Below, piece by piece: positions 63,368 to 64,000 of a DNA stretch of 64,000 nt. Source of the DNA: Negaprion brevirostris. Its lineage: Eukaryota. The position numbers were made by a program, and so were the translations under genes. The notes below the pieces were generated by a model. The model was not told where the DNA came from. It saw nothing but the letters and a program-made list of their open reading frames with translations, and made no database searches. The DNA lies in contig JARDVH010000001.1 in assembly GCA_030324005.1 (NCBI GenBank), positions 84,056,905-84,120,904 on the forward strand, read 5' to 3'. Position 1 is the first letter of the stretch. The number at the start of each line of letters is the position of its first letter.

Positions 63368-64000
63368 AGTAGAAAAGGTTGAAAGCTTCAAGCTTTTAAG
63401 TGTCCTGATCACCACTAACCTGTCCTGGTACCCCCATTCCAACACTATAGTTAAGAAAGCCCACCGATGTCTCTACTTTCTCAGAAGATGAAGGATATTT
63501 GGCATGTCAGCTGCGACTCTCACCAGCTTTTACAGANNNNNNNNNNNNNNNNNNNNNNNNNNNNNNNNNNNNNNNNNNNNNNNNNNNNNNNNNNNNNNNN
63601 NNNNNNNNNNNNNNNNNNNNNNNNNNNNNNNNNNNNNNNNNNNNNNNNNNNNNNNNNNNNNNNNNNNNNNNNNNNNNNNNNNNNNNNNCTGGGCAAAGCA
63701 GTTAGCATAATTAAGGACACCACGCACCCCAGACATTCTCTCTTCCACCGTCTTCCATCAGGAAAAAGATACAAAAGTCTGAGATCACATATCAATCAAC
63801 TCACGAACAGTTTCTTCCCCGTTGCCATCAGACTGTTGAATGGACCTACCTTGCATTAAGTTGACCTTTCTCTACACCCTAGCTATGACTGTAACACAAC
63901 ATTCTGCAGTCTCTCAATTCCTTCGCGATGAATGGTATGCACAAGAAACAATATTTTTCACTGTACGTTAATACAAGTGACCATAATAATCAAATCAAAT
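63368..64000 (+). mobile_element. Rex1/Babar-type LINE 3' end
   Basis: VEKVESFKLLSVLITTNLSW...VKKAHRCLYFLRR; SIIKDTTHPRHSLFHRLPSGKRY...NSFFPVAIRLLN; (caaat)n tail. Confidence 0.85.

Overview
This window is AT-rich, CpG-depleted vertebrate DNA with many assembly gaps. Its repeats (HE1-type tRNA-derived SINEs, CR1/L2 LINEs, a Deu-domain SINE, Penelope-like elements) point to a cartilaginous fish, probably a shark. It looks intronic or intergenic. I recognise no intact protein-coding gene, and the long ORFs in the track are N-run artefacts or retroelement fragments. Repeats found: CR1, L2 and Rex1-type LINE fragments, about 12 SINEs, two eroded Gypsy relics, a solo LTR with a 5-bp TSD, MITEs with 3-bp TSDs (PIF/Harbinger-like), and two Penelope fragments. 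The best leads are: (1) hammerhead-ribozyme cores at Penelope-like termini, plus short palindromic Penelope-derived insertions with 11-12 bp flanking duplications; (2) an inverted ~170-bp copy that may be a Penelope 3' transduction; (3) a tandem duplication whose two copies are each other's empty sites; (4) a captured fragment of an intron-containing tRNA-Pro(TGG); (5) unassigned candidate exons and CNE-like islands. There is no CRISPR, rRNA or prokaryote-type system. All family assignments come from motif recognition by eye, no search was run, and boundaries are approximate unless a TSD is quoted.
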